Numbered from the whole stretch's first letter, positions 27,230 through 39,621 are shown. The stretch: 62,600 nt of DNA, filler included, from Diploschistes diacapsis (GCA_023645945.1; 13 parts of 13 records of this genome joined end to end with filler, not necessarily neighbours in it), one strand, 5' to 3'. Numbers and translations: made by a program. Notes: generated by a model not told the origin, from the letters alone.

Positions 27230-28208
27230 ATTAATAGCTTATACGTATCTTTAAGCCTTTAATCAGACCGAATCGACCCGAAACGCGTCGTTTATTAATT
27301 ATAGACGATCATAACAACCATATTACCGCTAATATTATTCGTTTTTATATGTCTAATCGAATCGATCTAATAATATTATTTCCGTATAATTCTTATCTTC
27401 TTTAATTATTCGATATCGTAGTGTTTTCGCCGTTAAAAAACGCGTTAACGTAAAAGACGAATTATATTACTCGACTTAATAAATCGCGTATGGTACGTTC
27501 GGAATAAATCGAATTATTTTTAATAGCTCGGAATCGAGCTGTTACGAGTCGAAACGTTTAGGCAGGCTTTATAGATGTTGGATTATGGTTTATTAATCTT
27601 ATAATCGTGTTTAATAAGCTTTATTCGACCTATCGGACCCCTTTACTTCCATTTTACAGCCCTTTTTTAACCTCGAATTAATTCGATTTGGATTTATTTT
27701 TATTATATAGTTTTCTACTAAATACGATCGAACTGCGAAAGGTTAATAAAGAATTTAATTAGGCGTTATGAGCCGTTTCAGAACTGGCTAATCCGATTCG
27801 ACGTTATTCGAGTCGAGTAACCCGTATGCTTAAATCGACGCATACTGAATTCACAACGCTTCGTAAAAAAAACCGAGAGCAAAAAACGCTTTTTAATAAT
27901 TGTAAAAAACGTAAATCAGATAAACGAATCGAATTAAAAGATCGTTTTATGTTTAATATAGACGAAGTTTTTAAAATAATAACTCGGGTTAAATCGAGTT
28001 GAATAATTTCGAAACGACCTATAACGCGTAAAAAACGTCGTCGCATTTCTGAAATCGAGGAAGATAAAAAAGAAAAGGATAGATTCGATTTAGATCGATT
28101 AGATTCTGATTGCGATAAACAGATTGTATTTAAAAACCGTAGAATGTTAGCGGTAGTGATTTGAGATGGCCGGACTCTGGGGGTGGCCGGACTCACCGTC
28201 AAACACGT
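27230..28208 (+). mobile_element. RIP-degraded Fot1/pogo DDE transposase 3' half and TIR
   Basis: RRLLIIDDHNNHITANII..IDLIILFPYNSYLL*LFDIVVFSPLK matches the DDE_1 consensus (LDGHGSH..PPHSSHLLQPLD). Tan1/Fot1-style TIR ending ACACGT followed by TA. Confidence 0.9.
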
Positions 28209-28210
28209 TA

Positions 28211-28794
28211 TGTATTTACTTTCTAGAATTGTAAAATACGAATAACATTTTTCCGAGTTTTATAAGAAATAGATCAAATTCTTCGCGAATAATTATCGAT
28301 CATCTCTATAAGGTACTAATTGTTGTCAAGTGACCTTAAGATGGATCTATAGATGTCGATATTTACTAAATTTAGGATGTTTTGCTTATATTTAGTTAAG
28401 GTACGGCCAATCTGTTATTTAGTTTTTATTAATTAGTATATTTTATACGTATAAAGTGCGATACGGATAGGATTAGCGAGAATCGTAATTTCGTGTAGAT
28501 TTTAAAGCTTCTTGGGTCCCATATGGGCCATACGTGCGTGCTATAGTTAATAACTGTTTTTATTAGACTGAACTTTTGGATTTAATTTAAATTTAGGTTC
28601 AGTTATTAGATACGCAGTTATTTTATACGTATGTTTTCTTTTTATAATTTTGCTCGAGTAATAAACTTTATTCTTTTTTTTATATATAAGAATGATCCGA
28701 CCGTTCTCGTCGTATAGATATAAGTTTTTTTAATTAAAATTCCCCCGTAATCCTATTTTATATAATTTTTGTTTTAATATGAGGTTTGTTTTCA
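28211..28794 (-). mobile_element. RIP-degraded Copia GAG-pre-integrase/integrase region (target of the Fot1 insertion)
   Basis: Minus strand L*HARMAHMGPKKL matches the Copia LWHxRxGH motif. Confidence 0.7.
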
Positions 28795-28894
28795 NNNNNN
28801 NNNNNNNNNNNNNNNNNNNNNNNNNNNNNNNNNNNNNNTTAATTAATTAANNNNNNNNNNNNNNNNNNNNNNNNNNNNNNNNNNNNNNNNNNNN

Positions 28895-30036
28895 GAATCT
28901 GAACCATTCAGCCTACAGATTGCAGCTACACGTGATCCTTCCAGATTAGGCTCAGCCCCTGGTTGTGTAGTATTCCTGTAGGGGCGTTCTACATTCGAAA
29001 AGGTCCTTCAGGGCTACCTGCTCGGCTCAGGACCTAAAGTATTCAGCCTACCTACCTCCCTACTTACCTACCTACGAGAAAGAATCTAGACTTAATCTTA
29101 TCTGATGCTGCCTACGCGAGCTGGCGCGTTTTTGAAGATGAAAGGTCTACGACACCTTAAAACGACGAAAAACTTCTTATAAATAAGCAAAAGATCGACG
29201 AATCAGAATTCTCGATTTAATTAGTATTCAGTTATAATTATAGTTGAAATATTAGATCTAGTCTTATCTGTCGCGATAAAACACTACCTAAGCGAATAAT
29301 CTGGTAGTAATAGATCTACGACACACCTACCTAGGAGCGACGAAAAACTTCTTAAACGAAAAGAACCTACGACAAGCAGATCGACGAATCAGAGGTTACG
29401 ATCTAGTCTAATCAATTACGATAAAAGAGCTTGGGATCCTATATAAGTTTTTGAACCAGTCGAACCTTTATTTTATCAATAAACAAACCTTCATTTCGCC
29501 ACCTTTCGAAAGCATTTTCTGCTATCACGCTACTGCTGTTATTATTACTGCTTTTCGCCCTAAAAGTCGCCTGTTTTTAGTATTATTGGTCTAATAGTAT
29601 CCATTTACGACGCCGAAACTTGAAAGGAGTAAGGTCGGGTACGTGTCTACGTGTAGTACGGGTTGAAGACAATAGAGGGAAAAGGGACTGGATTAGGCCG
29701 AAAAGAGTATATTAGGGCATGAGAGGAGCAGATATCCGATTAGGAAAGGGGTTTTATTGTGGTTTTGTTTTGTTTTGTTTTGTTGTTAGGGGACAGCAAT
29801 AGTTTGGAAAGGGGGATAGTGGAACATCCTGATCGTTTATGGGTTCTAGGGTTGAAACCCGTAGGGCAGTAAGGCTGGCACCTAGACTATTTATATGTGC
29901 CTTGCTCCCACTTAGATAGTTCCTTCTTCACCTTTTCGAATCTGAACCATTCAGCCTACAGATTGCAGTTACACGTGATCCTTCCAGATCAGGCTCAGCC
30001 CCTGGTTGTGTAGTATTCCTGTAGGGGCGTTCTACA
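28895..30036 (+). mobile_element. Miniature non-autonomous LTR retroelement (TRIM-like): partial 5' LTR 28895-28993, non-coding interior, PPT 29806-29819, 217-bp 3' LTR 29820-30036
   Basis: 99-bp direct repeat (28895-28993 vs 29938-30036) differing at two C/T positions; TG...CA termini; polypurine tract GGAAAGGGGGATAG immediately before the second LTR. Confidence 0.8.
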
Positions 30037-30557
30037 TCGAAATAAAAAAATACGACGTTATTTTAAAAAATTTATAACTAAATATTCATAATTTAACGAT
30101 TAATTTTAAGACACGGATCTTTAAATTAAACGGATATACGTGTATTAATATATCCCGTTTATACGTAATCATGGCGATTACGATAAATAAAAAGAAAATA
30201 TTATACGATATTCCCCGAACCGGAATTAAGAAAAATCTTGATCAATAAATTTAATTACGAGAAGTAAAAACTCGTATTAACAGAAATATTAATAAAAAAA
30301 AAGATAATTATCTTTTAAAAATCCTTGAAAAGTATTATCGATGACTGCACCTCTTTTAAGAAAAAATATGCTTACGAATATTACCTAAATATAAACCACG
30401 GGATCATGTTATCGAACTTATGGACGAAGAAACCTCAAAATTTGGACCCCTTTATAANNNNNNNNNNNNNNNNNNNNNNNNNNNNNNNNNNNNNNNNNNN
30501 NTTAATTAATTAANNNNNNNNNNNNNNNNNNNNNNNNNNNNNNNNNNNNNNNNNNNN

Positions 30558-31309
30558 CTAAAATACATTCGATCGTAATTACCTACTTTTATTTTCCTTT
30601 AATAACCTTTTAATTCGAGTCTGTTCGACTCGAAACGAAGGCTTTAAAAAAAGAACTATTATTAATATTAAAATTTAACTCGTTTATATTATAAATATAT
30701 TCGGGCGCGTATTATCTTTTATTATATTAAATTATTATTATATCGAATTACCGTTATATAGCCTTATAACTTATCGTATTAAATCTATTAAACTCGATTT
30801 ATTTTATCTAAATATTAATAATTTCAAAAAATCGTTTACGAAATCGCGATACCTAATGTTTACCGATAAATTAAAGATTCGCGATCGTAACTTTTAAATT
30901 CGAACCGAATCGAATACGTTCGCGTCGAATTTCTTCGGCCATATCTACCACCAACGCAGGCGATGCAGGAAAGCTAGTTTATATAAGACGTGTAATCCAT
31001 CGTACTAATATCTTTTCTTCTAAATTTAAGAAAATTTAAATCGTTTCGTGGCTATTAAAACATGATTAAGCTCCATTAAATCGATCTATAATGATCGATC
31101 GAGATACTTTAAATACGCGGGCAGTTTCTTGAATGCTAGTATATTATTATGATTTTAGGGCCTGTAAATAGTCGTTAATATTAAATTCTATTAAAATCGA
31201 ATTATTGCGATACGATGTAATCATTATTGAAAAAAATCGAATGTAAGATGAAAACAGTGATTTAAGATGGCCGGACTCTGGGGGTGGCCGGACTCACCGT
31301 CAAACACGT
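30558..31309 (-). mobile_element. Fot1/pogo transposon 5' end (TIR and HTH region), RIP-degraded
   Basis: TIR identical to 28165-28208 and flanked by TA; minus strand SIQETARVFKVSRSIIIDRFNG is HTH_psq-like. Confidence 0.85.
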
Positions 31310-31311
31310 TA

Positions 31312-31720
31312 TACGGATAACTTTAGGACACGTAAACCCTTTAAGAATCTAGATCACGTTAAAGTCGGACCTTTTTTAATCGATAAATAACCCGTTATAT
31401 TAGACGAAATCAAACGAGTTAATTACCGACTTAAGCTATCTAAAGATATTAAAATTCATTTAATGTTTCATTCCAGATACCTCGAATTAATATATTCAGA
31501 CATATCGTTATAAGAAACCTTTTATTTCGAACTAGATAACGAAAACGAGTACGAAATCGAAGTAATAATATATTATAAAAATAATAAGTATTTAGTTAAA
31601 TAGAAAGGATATTTAGAATCGGACATAATATAGGAACTAAAGGAAAACTTAAAGAATTATAAAATAAAATTAGCGAAATTCTACGATATTAACGGACCTA
31701 CTATTAAAGATAATTGGGAT
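31312..31720 (+). mobile_element. Gypsy/chromovirus integrase C-terminus with chromodomain, RIP-degraded
   Basis: KNLDHVKVGPFLI..VNYRLKL..IHLMFH, then EYEIEVI..YLVK*KGYLESDII*ELKENL (chromodomain YLVKWKGY..WEP.ENL). Confidence 0.8.
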
Positions 31721-32219
31721 TAAAGGTAAAAAGTTTACGGAACATACGTACATCTGATATAAAAATTAATCTGGCGGGACAGAAGCTTCGTTTTTTAAAA
31801 CTTAATTTAACTAACCCGGCGACATTACCGCCAATTCAAATAATTCTAAATTAAATTCCGATGGCAAATCTTTTTAAACGTTAGTATATATCTCGGACGA
31901 TTTTAAATCCAGTTTTTTCGTTAAATAACGCGTTTGTTCGTCAGCACGATTTTCCGTTAACTTAAGAATTTTTCGGTTACGACGAATGCGACGTTTACGT
32001 TAGAGACGACGATTTTTAATTTTACGGAATTATTTTTCTAGTTCCTTTTCTTACTTATTATCTTCGTTAGTAAGCTTCTTATTGTTATCGGATCTCTTCT
32101 CGTATCGAAAGGATAATTCNNNNNNNNNNNNNNNNNNNNNNNNNNNNNNNNNNNNNNNNNNNNTTAATTAATTAANNNNNNNNNNNNNNNNNNNNNNNNN
32201 NNNNNNNNNNNNNNNNNNN

Positions 32220-32814
32220 ATATTCAAGAAACGAAATAAGGATACGTTTTTTAAAATTATGCAGCGATGGCCTAATGTTATATTAAGAATGTAATTATTA
32301 TTAAATTTAAATTAAACGGTTCAGTTATAACACCTAAAGAACATTAAATAGGGGAAAAGCCGTCAATAGATCACTTCCGCGTTTAAAAATTAAAATATTA
32401 TAATTACGTGAATCTAAAATTATTATTTAGACGATAAGATAAGTTAATAAATAAAATAAAATTTTATATATTAATTAAATATATCGATATCGATAAGCAA
32501 TATAAGATCTAAATATTAGATCTTTAAAAGATTATTAAAACGAGCTCGGTTAAATTTAAAAAAAATAAAACATTTAGTTTTTAAGAACTAAAACTTCTCG
32601 AAAATTATAAAGAAAGTGATAACGTGATGTTTATCCGAAAGTTAATAAAACGATCAATCGTTGATTTAATATATAATATCGGGGGAATAAATATCTCGTT
32701 AATATTAAATAATAATGGTACGTTAATCACGGACGATAATAGGATATTAATAATATAAAAATAAGAAATTTAGAACGAATATACTGAATTATTTGAACCT
32801 GCGATGGATTATAG
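32220..32814 (+). mobile_element. RIP-degraded Copia post-integrase region
   Basis: TPKEH*IGEKPSIDHFRV*..YVNLK..R*DKL resembles the Copia PYEAW.G.KP...H.RVWG motif; homologous to 59140-59289 and 61046-61320. Confidence 0.75.
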
Positions 32815-33781
32815 TGTAAACATAAAAGTAGGCGGCAGACTTGGTGGGGGTAGTCCCCACAGGGCAGCTCCATTTAAGGAGGCCTGCTAGGTAGTTCTAG
32901 ACAATCAATGCATCCTACACCTCATAAATATCCTATCTAGGTATGCTGTTGACTACGAAATCACACTACATTCCTTTACTACATTATCTACGACTACCTA
33001 CCTATTACAGCAAGGGAAGTCTCCCTAGACAGCGCGCCTTGTATTTATAATGGAGGTTAACCTAAAGACTTGTCTAAGGACCCTTCCATATCTTACGAAA
33101 GGTAAAAAGAAAATTACGATCTAAAAGTTCTAGATATAATAAAAAGACATTATTTACAAAAATATAGAAAAAAAAAGGAAGGGGGTATATAATTGTCCCT
33201 AAATGACCTGCCAGTATTGGAAGGATAAAAGAATAAAATTTAATTAAGATATATTCAGAAAGTTAAGCTGCGAATAGATGAAATATTAAGAAAAAATTAA
33301 AAAACTTTTATTAAGAACGTACGATATAATATTTATCGGATATATTGTAAACATAAAAGTAGGCGGTAGACTTGGTGGGGGTAGTCCCCACAGGGCAGCT
33401 CCATTTAAGGAGGCCTGCTAGGTAGTTCTAGACAATCAATACATCCTACACCTCACAAATATCCTACCTAGGTATACTATTAACTACGAGATCATACTAC
33501 ATTCACCTACTACACCATTTACGACTACCTACCTACTACAGCAAGGGAAGTCTCTCTAGACAACGCGCCTTGTGTTTATAATAAAGGTTAACCTAAGGAC
33601 TTGTCTAAAAACCCTTTTACATCTTGTAAAAGGTAAAAAGAAGGTTACGATCTAAAAATTCCAGATATGATAAAAAGACATTGTTTACAAGAATATAGAA
33701 AGAGAAAGGAAAAGGACATTTCATTATCCTTAAATGATCTGTTAATATTAAAAGGATAAAAGAACAAAATTTAATTAAGAT
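32815..33781 (+). mobile_element. Two head-to-tail copies of LTR family A (531-bp period; second copy truncated by the contig end)
   Basis: TGTAAACATAAAAGTAGGCGG.. starts at 32815 and again at 33346; the copies differ mainly by C/T and G/A transitions. Confidence 0.8.
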
Positions 33782-34634
33782 NNNNNNNNNNNNNNNNNNN
33801 NNNNNNNNNNNNNNNNNNNNNNNNNTTAATTAATTAANNNNNNNNNNNNNNNNNNNNNNNNNNNNNNNNNNNNNNNNNNNNTTGATGTTGTATTCCGATT
33901 CGAGTGGTTGGTGTTTCTTTGCTGAGGAAAAACAGTGACAGAAGCTTGAAGAATGGATGGGATGTGGGGGGGGGGAAGAGGTGTTTTTGGTATGGATGGC
34001 AGTCTACTTGCGCCGATACAACCTCCAGGGTGGTCCAACCGTTAGCGTGCTCAGGATTTGGTAGGCCATATCTGCGAGGAAAATATGCTGTACGTTAACA
34101 ATTGGGCCTGCACGGGCTGGCTTCAAAGGCTGAACGTGATAAATAAATGAATGCCGCGGCGCGGGCGGGCGCGGGCGCTGCCTATCTGTCCCATTTGTCG
34201 AAGTCTAGCAGTTAACTTGCATGTTAACTTGCATGTCGAATGCAATGCCGAGCAGCTTTGTATGGTCACCGTCGTATTATCTCCTGTAGTAGTAGGTTGC
34301 GTTCTTGCAAAAGCACAAAGTACATACAGAGCCTCAACCCGCAAAAATTGAAACGCTCCTAAACACCTGAAACGCGGGGTTATTCATTCATCGGAACAGC
34401 GCCTGTGTTTATTAATACAGGTTGAGGATGTTAATAATCTCGTGCTCTTGCATGTTTCCTTCTTTTGCCCGGTGAGCGCTCTAATATCTCTCTGCTTCCT
34501 GAGCCTTTCTTTTCCCGATGGGTCTCTCATACTGAGCCTCGCTGCTCGCTTTCATTCTTTTGAACAGTCGCTCTTTGGCCCCTGGATAGAATCCGCCCGT
34601 TTCTATTCTCTGTATCTCAACAAATTCTTTCCAG

Positions 34635-35981
34635 ATGCGTTCTTTCAGAAGCGTTGCTGGCATCGCCACCGCTCTTTTCTTGACGACTTCCGTTCTCGCC
34701 CATCCCACGATTGAGAAGCGATATGACTTTGATCACAACGGTATTCCCGATGAGTGTGAGAAGGTTGGTAACGGGAACGATGCATGCCTGCTGGACAATG
34801 GCTCCTGGACCACCTTCGCAGCCGCCACAGCAACCTCGACCTCATCCGTAGTTGCATCTGCTTCTCCTCCTCCAGCAGCTGTTTCCCCTGCTGCACCTGC
34901 TCCGGATACTTCTAGTGGCCAAGGCACAGCCTCTGGCATGGCTACCGGTTCCCTTCCGTCGGCTTCGGACTTCGGATCGCAGAACGGTACTTCCTGGACC
35001 ATGGAATATGTCGGCAATCTAAACTACTCTGGCATTCTTGGCACTCAAGGGCTGCAGGGCGACAAAGCGCGCAGCTCCGTCGTCGGCGGCAAGACGATCT
35101 GGAACTTCGGTGATATGGACTGCCCGCCCGACTACACCGTGTGCGGGTTCAGTATGGGCCCTGCAATGTACGACACCACAGGCGACTTCACCATGAACAC
35201 GAAGGGCATCGCCAACATCAACGACGCCCTGTTCGCGAGCAATTACAGTACAGACGGTACTCCTCAGGACTCTGGCTGCTCGGCCTGGGGCATGGACAAT
35301 TCCAACATCGCTGCCATCAACGACACTGCTGGCGTCGTCTACAGCTGGGAAATGTACCGTGGCTGCACCGACAATCCAGCCGGTGTCAACAAGGGCCTCG
35401 CCGTCTCTCTAGTCACGATAGGCGACGACTTCCCCGTAGCCACCCGCCTCGGTCCCCTTTTGACCGACGGCTCCGCCGTGCAAGTCGGCCTGCTCGCCGT
35501 CCTCGCCGCGGAGAACTACATCTACAGCTACACCGTCTCCGGCAGCAACGTCCTCGTCGGCCGCGTTCGCCCCGCCAACAACGCCCCCTTCAGCGCAGAC
35601 AACTACGAGTTCCTGTCCTCCGACGGGCAAACCTGGGTGCCCGGCATCCCCTCCGCCGCCGACGCCGGCAACTTCAACATGGTCACCTCGCAGCAAGGCG
35701 GATGGGGCTGCTCCGTGTACGGCAGCGCCATGTATTCCAACTACTTCAACCAGTACATGCTCTTCTGCGACGATTACGAGAATTTCTTCAACTTTTACAC
35801 CAGCGACACGCCGTACGGCCCGTGGAGCGACCAGTACCAGATCATCAAGGGCGTGCAGGGATACGGGAGCATGGTGCATCCGGGGTACTCGCCGGGTGGA
35901 AGCAATAAGGTGCTGTATATAAGTCAGGGGCCGAATACGGTCTTCGATGTGTGGAAGGTCACGTTCGGGTATGATGATTAG
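34635..35981 (+). CDS. Secreted 448-aa protein, putative DUF4185-like beta-propeller hydrolase
   Basis: Signal peptide MRSFRSVAGIATALFLTTSVLA, Kex2-like KR site, Ser/Thr/Pro linker, strong C-ending codon bias, motifs IWNFGD and YTSDTPYGPWS..YGSMVHPGY. Family assignment is tentative. Confidence 0.7.
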   Translation: MRSFRSVAGIATALFLTTSVLAHPTIEKRYDFDHNGIPDECEKVGNGNDACLLDNGSWTTFAAATATSTSSVVASASPPPAAVSPAAPAPDTSSGQGTASGMATGSLPSASDFGSQNGTSWTMEYVGNLNYSGILGTQGLQGDKARSSVVGGKTIWNFGDMDCPPDYTVCGFSMGPAMYDTTGDFTMNTKGIANINDALFASNYSTDGTPQDSGCSAWGMDNSNIAAINDTAGVVYSWEMYRGCTDNPAGVNKGLAVSLVTIGDDFPVATRLGPLLTDGSAVQVGLLAVLAAENYIYSYTVSGSNVLVGRVRPANNAPFSADNYEFLSSDGQTWVPGIPSAADAGNFNMVTSQQGGWGCSVYGSAMYSNYFNQYMLFCDDYENFFNFYTSDTPYGPWSDQYQIIKGVQGYGSMVHPGYSPGGSNKVLYISQGPNTVFDVWKVTFGYDD

Positions 35982-37338
35982 GGGGAAAGTTGAGGCTGGA
36001 GCTGGTGTAGTCGTGGATATCTCCGAGGAAGCTCTGCTACATACATATTCTAAACCATTTTGGGAACAGATTTAGCCCACCGAGTGAGGAGATGCATGTG
36101 TTTTGAGGCCCGCGTGCCGAAGATGGCCAAACTGTTTAGCAGGTCTATTATTCGTAAAACTTGCCATTGCAGACTATCCGCCTCTCCTTTCCAATATTTA
36201 ACTGCCTGAATATCGCGGCTTCTGTGCTATTTGGTTACGGATACTCTCGGGCTTCGTAGCATATATATTTGCGATTCAGAGAGAATGTCCATTATAACAA
36301 CGCATCTATCATTGTCTAAACTTGTCCCCCTCCGGTCGGTTTCGCTCTTGAAGCCTGTCATAATTAAGCGAACCAGAGTCCTGCACTCTCGTCCTCTTAA
36401 AAGGCTTCCCCTTGATCATGATCTCCTACGGAATCCATAAGAATAACACCATCGATGCAAAAACGCCAAACCGTAGCAATTACATTGTGATAACACAAGC
36501 AGTTATGGGCTGTCAAGATGGGCAACAATATCGCGCCATGCAGGCTGGTACAATGCTATCCAATCAGACAAGGCTGAGCAGTAAACTTCGCTGCAGGCTA
36601 CTTTCAGCCTGATTGATTCATGAGAAAGAATCAAAGCGTGTAACCGCGAGGGGCCGAGCTTGTGACTCTCGACGACTTCAAACATGGCCTGCCAGACTTT
36701 CTGTCCGGACTCGGACGGGATCGATCCTCCTGGGATCATGGGAGGTATTTGTTAAAGACATAGATTAGACTCTCTGCATCGCGCGCGACGACGTACGCTA
36801 TCATATTCTTTGCCGGTCCCCATCCGGGGGGGGGGCCTCGACGTCGAAGACATGGCGCGCATAATGGGCGAAGAACAGCATCCTCGAACTGGTTTGCTTC
36901 ATCAGATGAATATTTGACCCCAAGAATCTGCAAACTCAGCTTGCAGGCTTTAAGGATGTGCTCTGTGATCGAAACAGAGCAATCACGGCGGCTTGAAGGG
37001 GTGAGTTTGCCCCTGTGTGTCAAGACATATTTTAACCAGTCTAATAATGCGATCTTGCAGCTTCCCAGGCAAATTGAAACACCAGTCCCTTTAGTATCCG
37101 ACTATTTCGAACATGATCAAAATTCAAAGACAGGCACGAGTCTGGCTACAATCATGCACTTTCGAATCCAAAGCTTCTGTGAAAAGAGCACCTGAATTAG
37201 TTCAAAGGCCGTTCGGTAGGCTGTAGAACGGCTTTCTTCTTTGAGCGATTTGACGTTTAGGTGGATGGTGGCTTTGGGCACTCTATTGACAATTTCTTTC
37301 ATTGATGGTGTCAGGTTCGAACCATACCATGCTGAACC

Positions 37339-38990
37339 GTTCCGTTAGAGAGGAACATTCGATTTACTGGCCGTACTGAGCAATTGGCCAAGCTGGAGGA
37401 GGTTGTTACTTCTCGCGGTCAACCCTCCAAATTCGCGAATCCCGGTCTCGGAGGAGTAGGCAATACACGGCTCGCTATTGAGTCTACAGAATCCAAAGCG
37501 AACTTCCAGGTTACTCCATATTTCGGACACCTGCCATGAATTTCGATACTCTACAACAGGCATGTTTGAACGCAGTCCAGCAGCTTGGAAATCGTGGTTT
37601 AGGACAGGACAAAGATGACGCTCAAGCTTCTAAAAAGCATCTAGAGAATCTGAATGCAGGCCGCTGGCCACTCAGATATGACAATGCCGATGATCTTGGC
37701 ACGTGGCTTACTAGTGATGAGAATATGTCTCAGAAGCCAGGCCTTGTGAAATTGATCCCACTGGTCGAGTCATCATCACCACGGCAAGAGACAGCAGAGT
37801 TGCTGTACGGCTTGCACGAAAACATGTACCGAAAATACCGGATGAAGACAGCAAGATGGCCCAACAGTTGGCACGACAATCCCTTCTCGACACAAATCAT
37901 TTTAGAGAACGGGACATCAAAGCCCTAACCTCCGAGCTTGTACAACCTTCCACTAACAGTCGAGCAAGCAACTGCTTACATAAACGAAACTGGGACACCA
38001 ATCTCAGACTGTCTCTCTATCTGGCGGCAACAAGATCAAAATGCCATTGAATTGCTCAGTGGAGACTTTGAAGAGTATGGAAGACACCGGAATAGCCGGA
38101 TTGAGGTTACTGCGACGTGGTTGATATCTTATGAAAAGATCCGGGCTCATTGTCCTCTAGCAATCGAATATCTGTCGTTTATGGCCTGCCTAAATTCTAA
38201 AAACATTCCTCAATCACTTCGTCCTCCTGCCGCATCTCCAAAAGCGTACGCTGATGCGGTTGGGATACCTGATACCTATTCTTTCATAACGGGACGACCT
38301 GAGGACGCAGCTCTTGACCTACATCCACTGCTACACCTCATTACAAGAAATCGGCTCAGGAAGCAAGGATTGCTAGTCCCGTGGGTTCGCAAGGCAGTTT
38401 TGAGCGCAGAAGCAAGCCATTACGTTCAAAGCTGCATTTCTACGCGTAAAGCATGGATGAAGTACATTCCACATGCACAAGATGTTCTGGATTTGGTGGG
38501 ATGAACGTGGCGAAGCAGATAAAATGACCTATATTGAATTATGGAAAAATCGTGGTGAACACCAGATTAGTCTCGGCAGAGACTGGGGATGCGAGAAGCA
38601 AGCCTGCAACTTACTTCCGTTACTTAGAGCGAAGTTTGGCCCATGCATCCACATACTCTGCAACTGAAGCTAGATTTGGCAAATACATATTCCGGGCGAA
38701 GAGGTTGCTAGAGGCGAAATCGTTATGCATTGACATGATAGACCGATTGCTGCAAGTTCACCATTCTGACGGTCACTATCCACTGAAGGTTGTAGCTGAT
38801 TTGCTTGGGAAAGTGTATCATGACGCGGGTCGACTCAGGAGGCCGAGCATCTTCACTTGCTGGTGCTAGAAGCCGCCAAAATGTATTATGGGGCTGAGGC
38901 GCTATCTACAGCACACACAATATTCCACCTGCGTTAACATACAAGAAGCAAGGACGATGGGGGGAGGCTGAAGCACTGCTACTATCTTAC
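37339..38990 (+). pseudogene. NB-ARC + TPR (fungal NLR-like) pseudogene
   Basis: VPLERNIRFTGR, Walker A GLGGVGNT (K to N), Walker B-like WPLRYDNADD, NLPLTVEQATAYI, TWLISYEKI, LHPLLHLITR and TPR remnant TYKKQGRWGEAEALL, spread over several frames with stops. Confidence 0.8.
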
Positions 38991-39621
38991 CGCCTATGTC
39001 CGACAAGGGGCTTCGTAGATCAAGTCGAAGCAGCGACTGCGAACCGTGGCCGCAGTGATCTAAATCTCACCGCTCAATACATATACACGGTGCTCAGTCC
39101 TCCGAGTGCGAAACATGAGGTCTTTTCGCATGCGTCTCAAAGCTGTTTCGTTTACTTTCGATTTATTGGGTACAGTGGCGAACAGAAAGCATTGTGCACA
39201 GAGATGATGGTTCGATATGGAAAATATAGGGATGTAGAACGCAGTCTCAGTTTGTCCGAACAGCAACAGAGCGATACTTCAAATGACATAAAACCTTTGG
39301 CAACATTCCGTCTCCAGGTGCGTCTCTTCTAACCCGCAAGCCAATCTCAGAGTTCCTCTCCCGGGACCTCTGAACCTCTTCGCTGGTCTCTTGCTCCTCC
39401 GGCTCTGAGTGTACTTCCGATGGTCAATCCACAAACTCCTCACCCAATCCCTCGCCGCTCCACCTCGGGCGCTGCCTCCGCTTGGCGCTCCATGCGCTCT
39501 TTGTCCCTCTCTCTTCCACGACGCTCCAACAACGGAACGTCCGTCGAACCAGGCACCAGAGGCCTCGGGCCCAGGAAGGGCTGACGCTACTCTCCAGCTC
39601 AATGTCCGTGTCTCCGGGATT

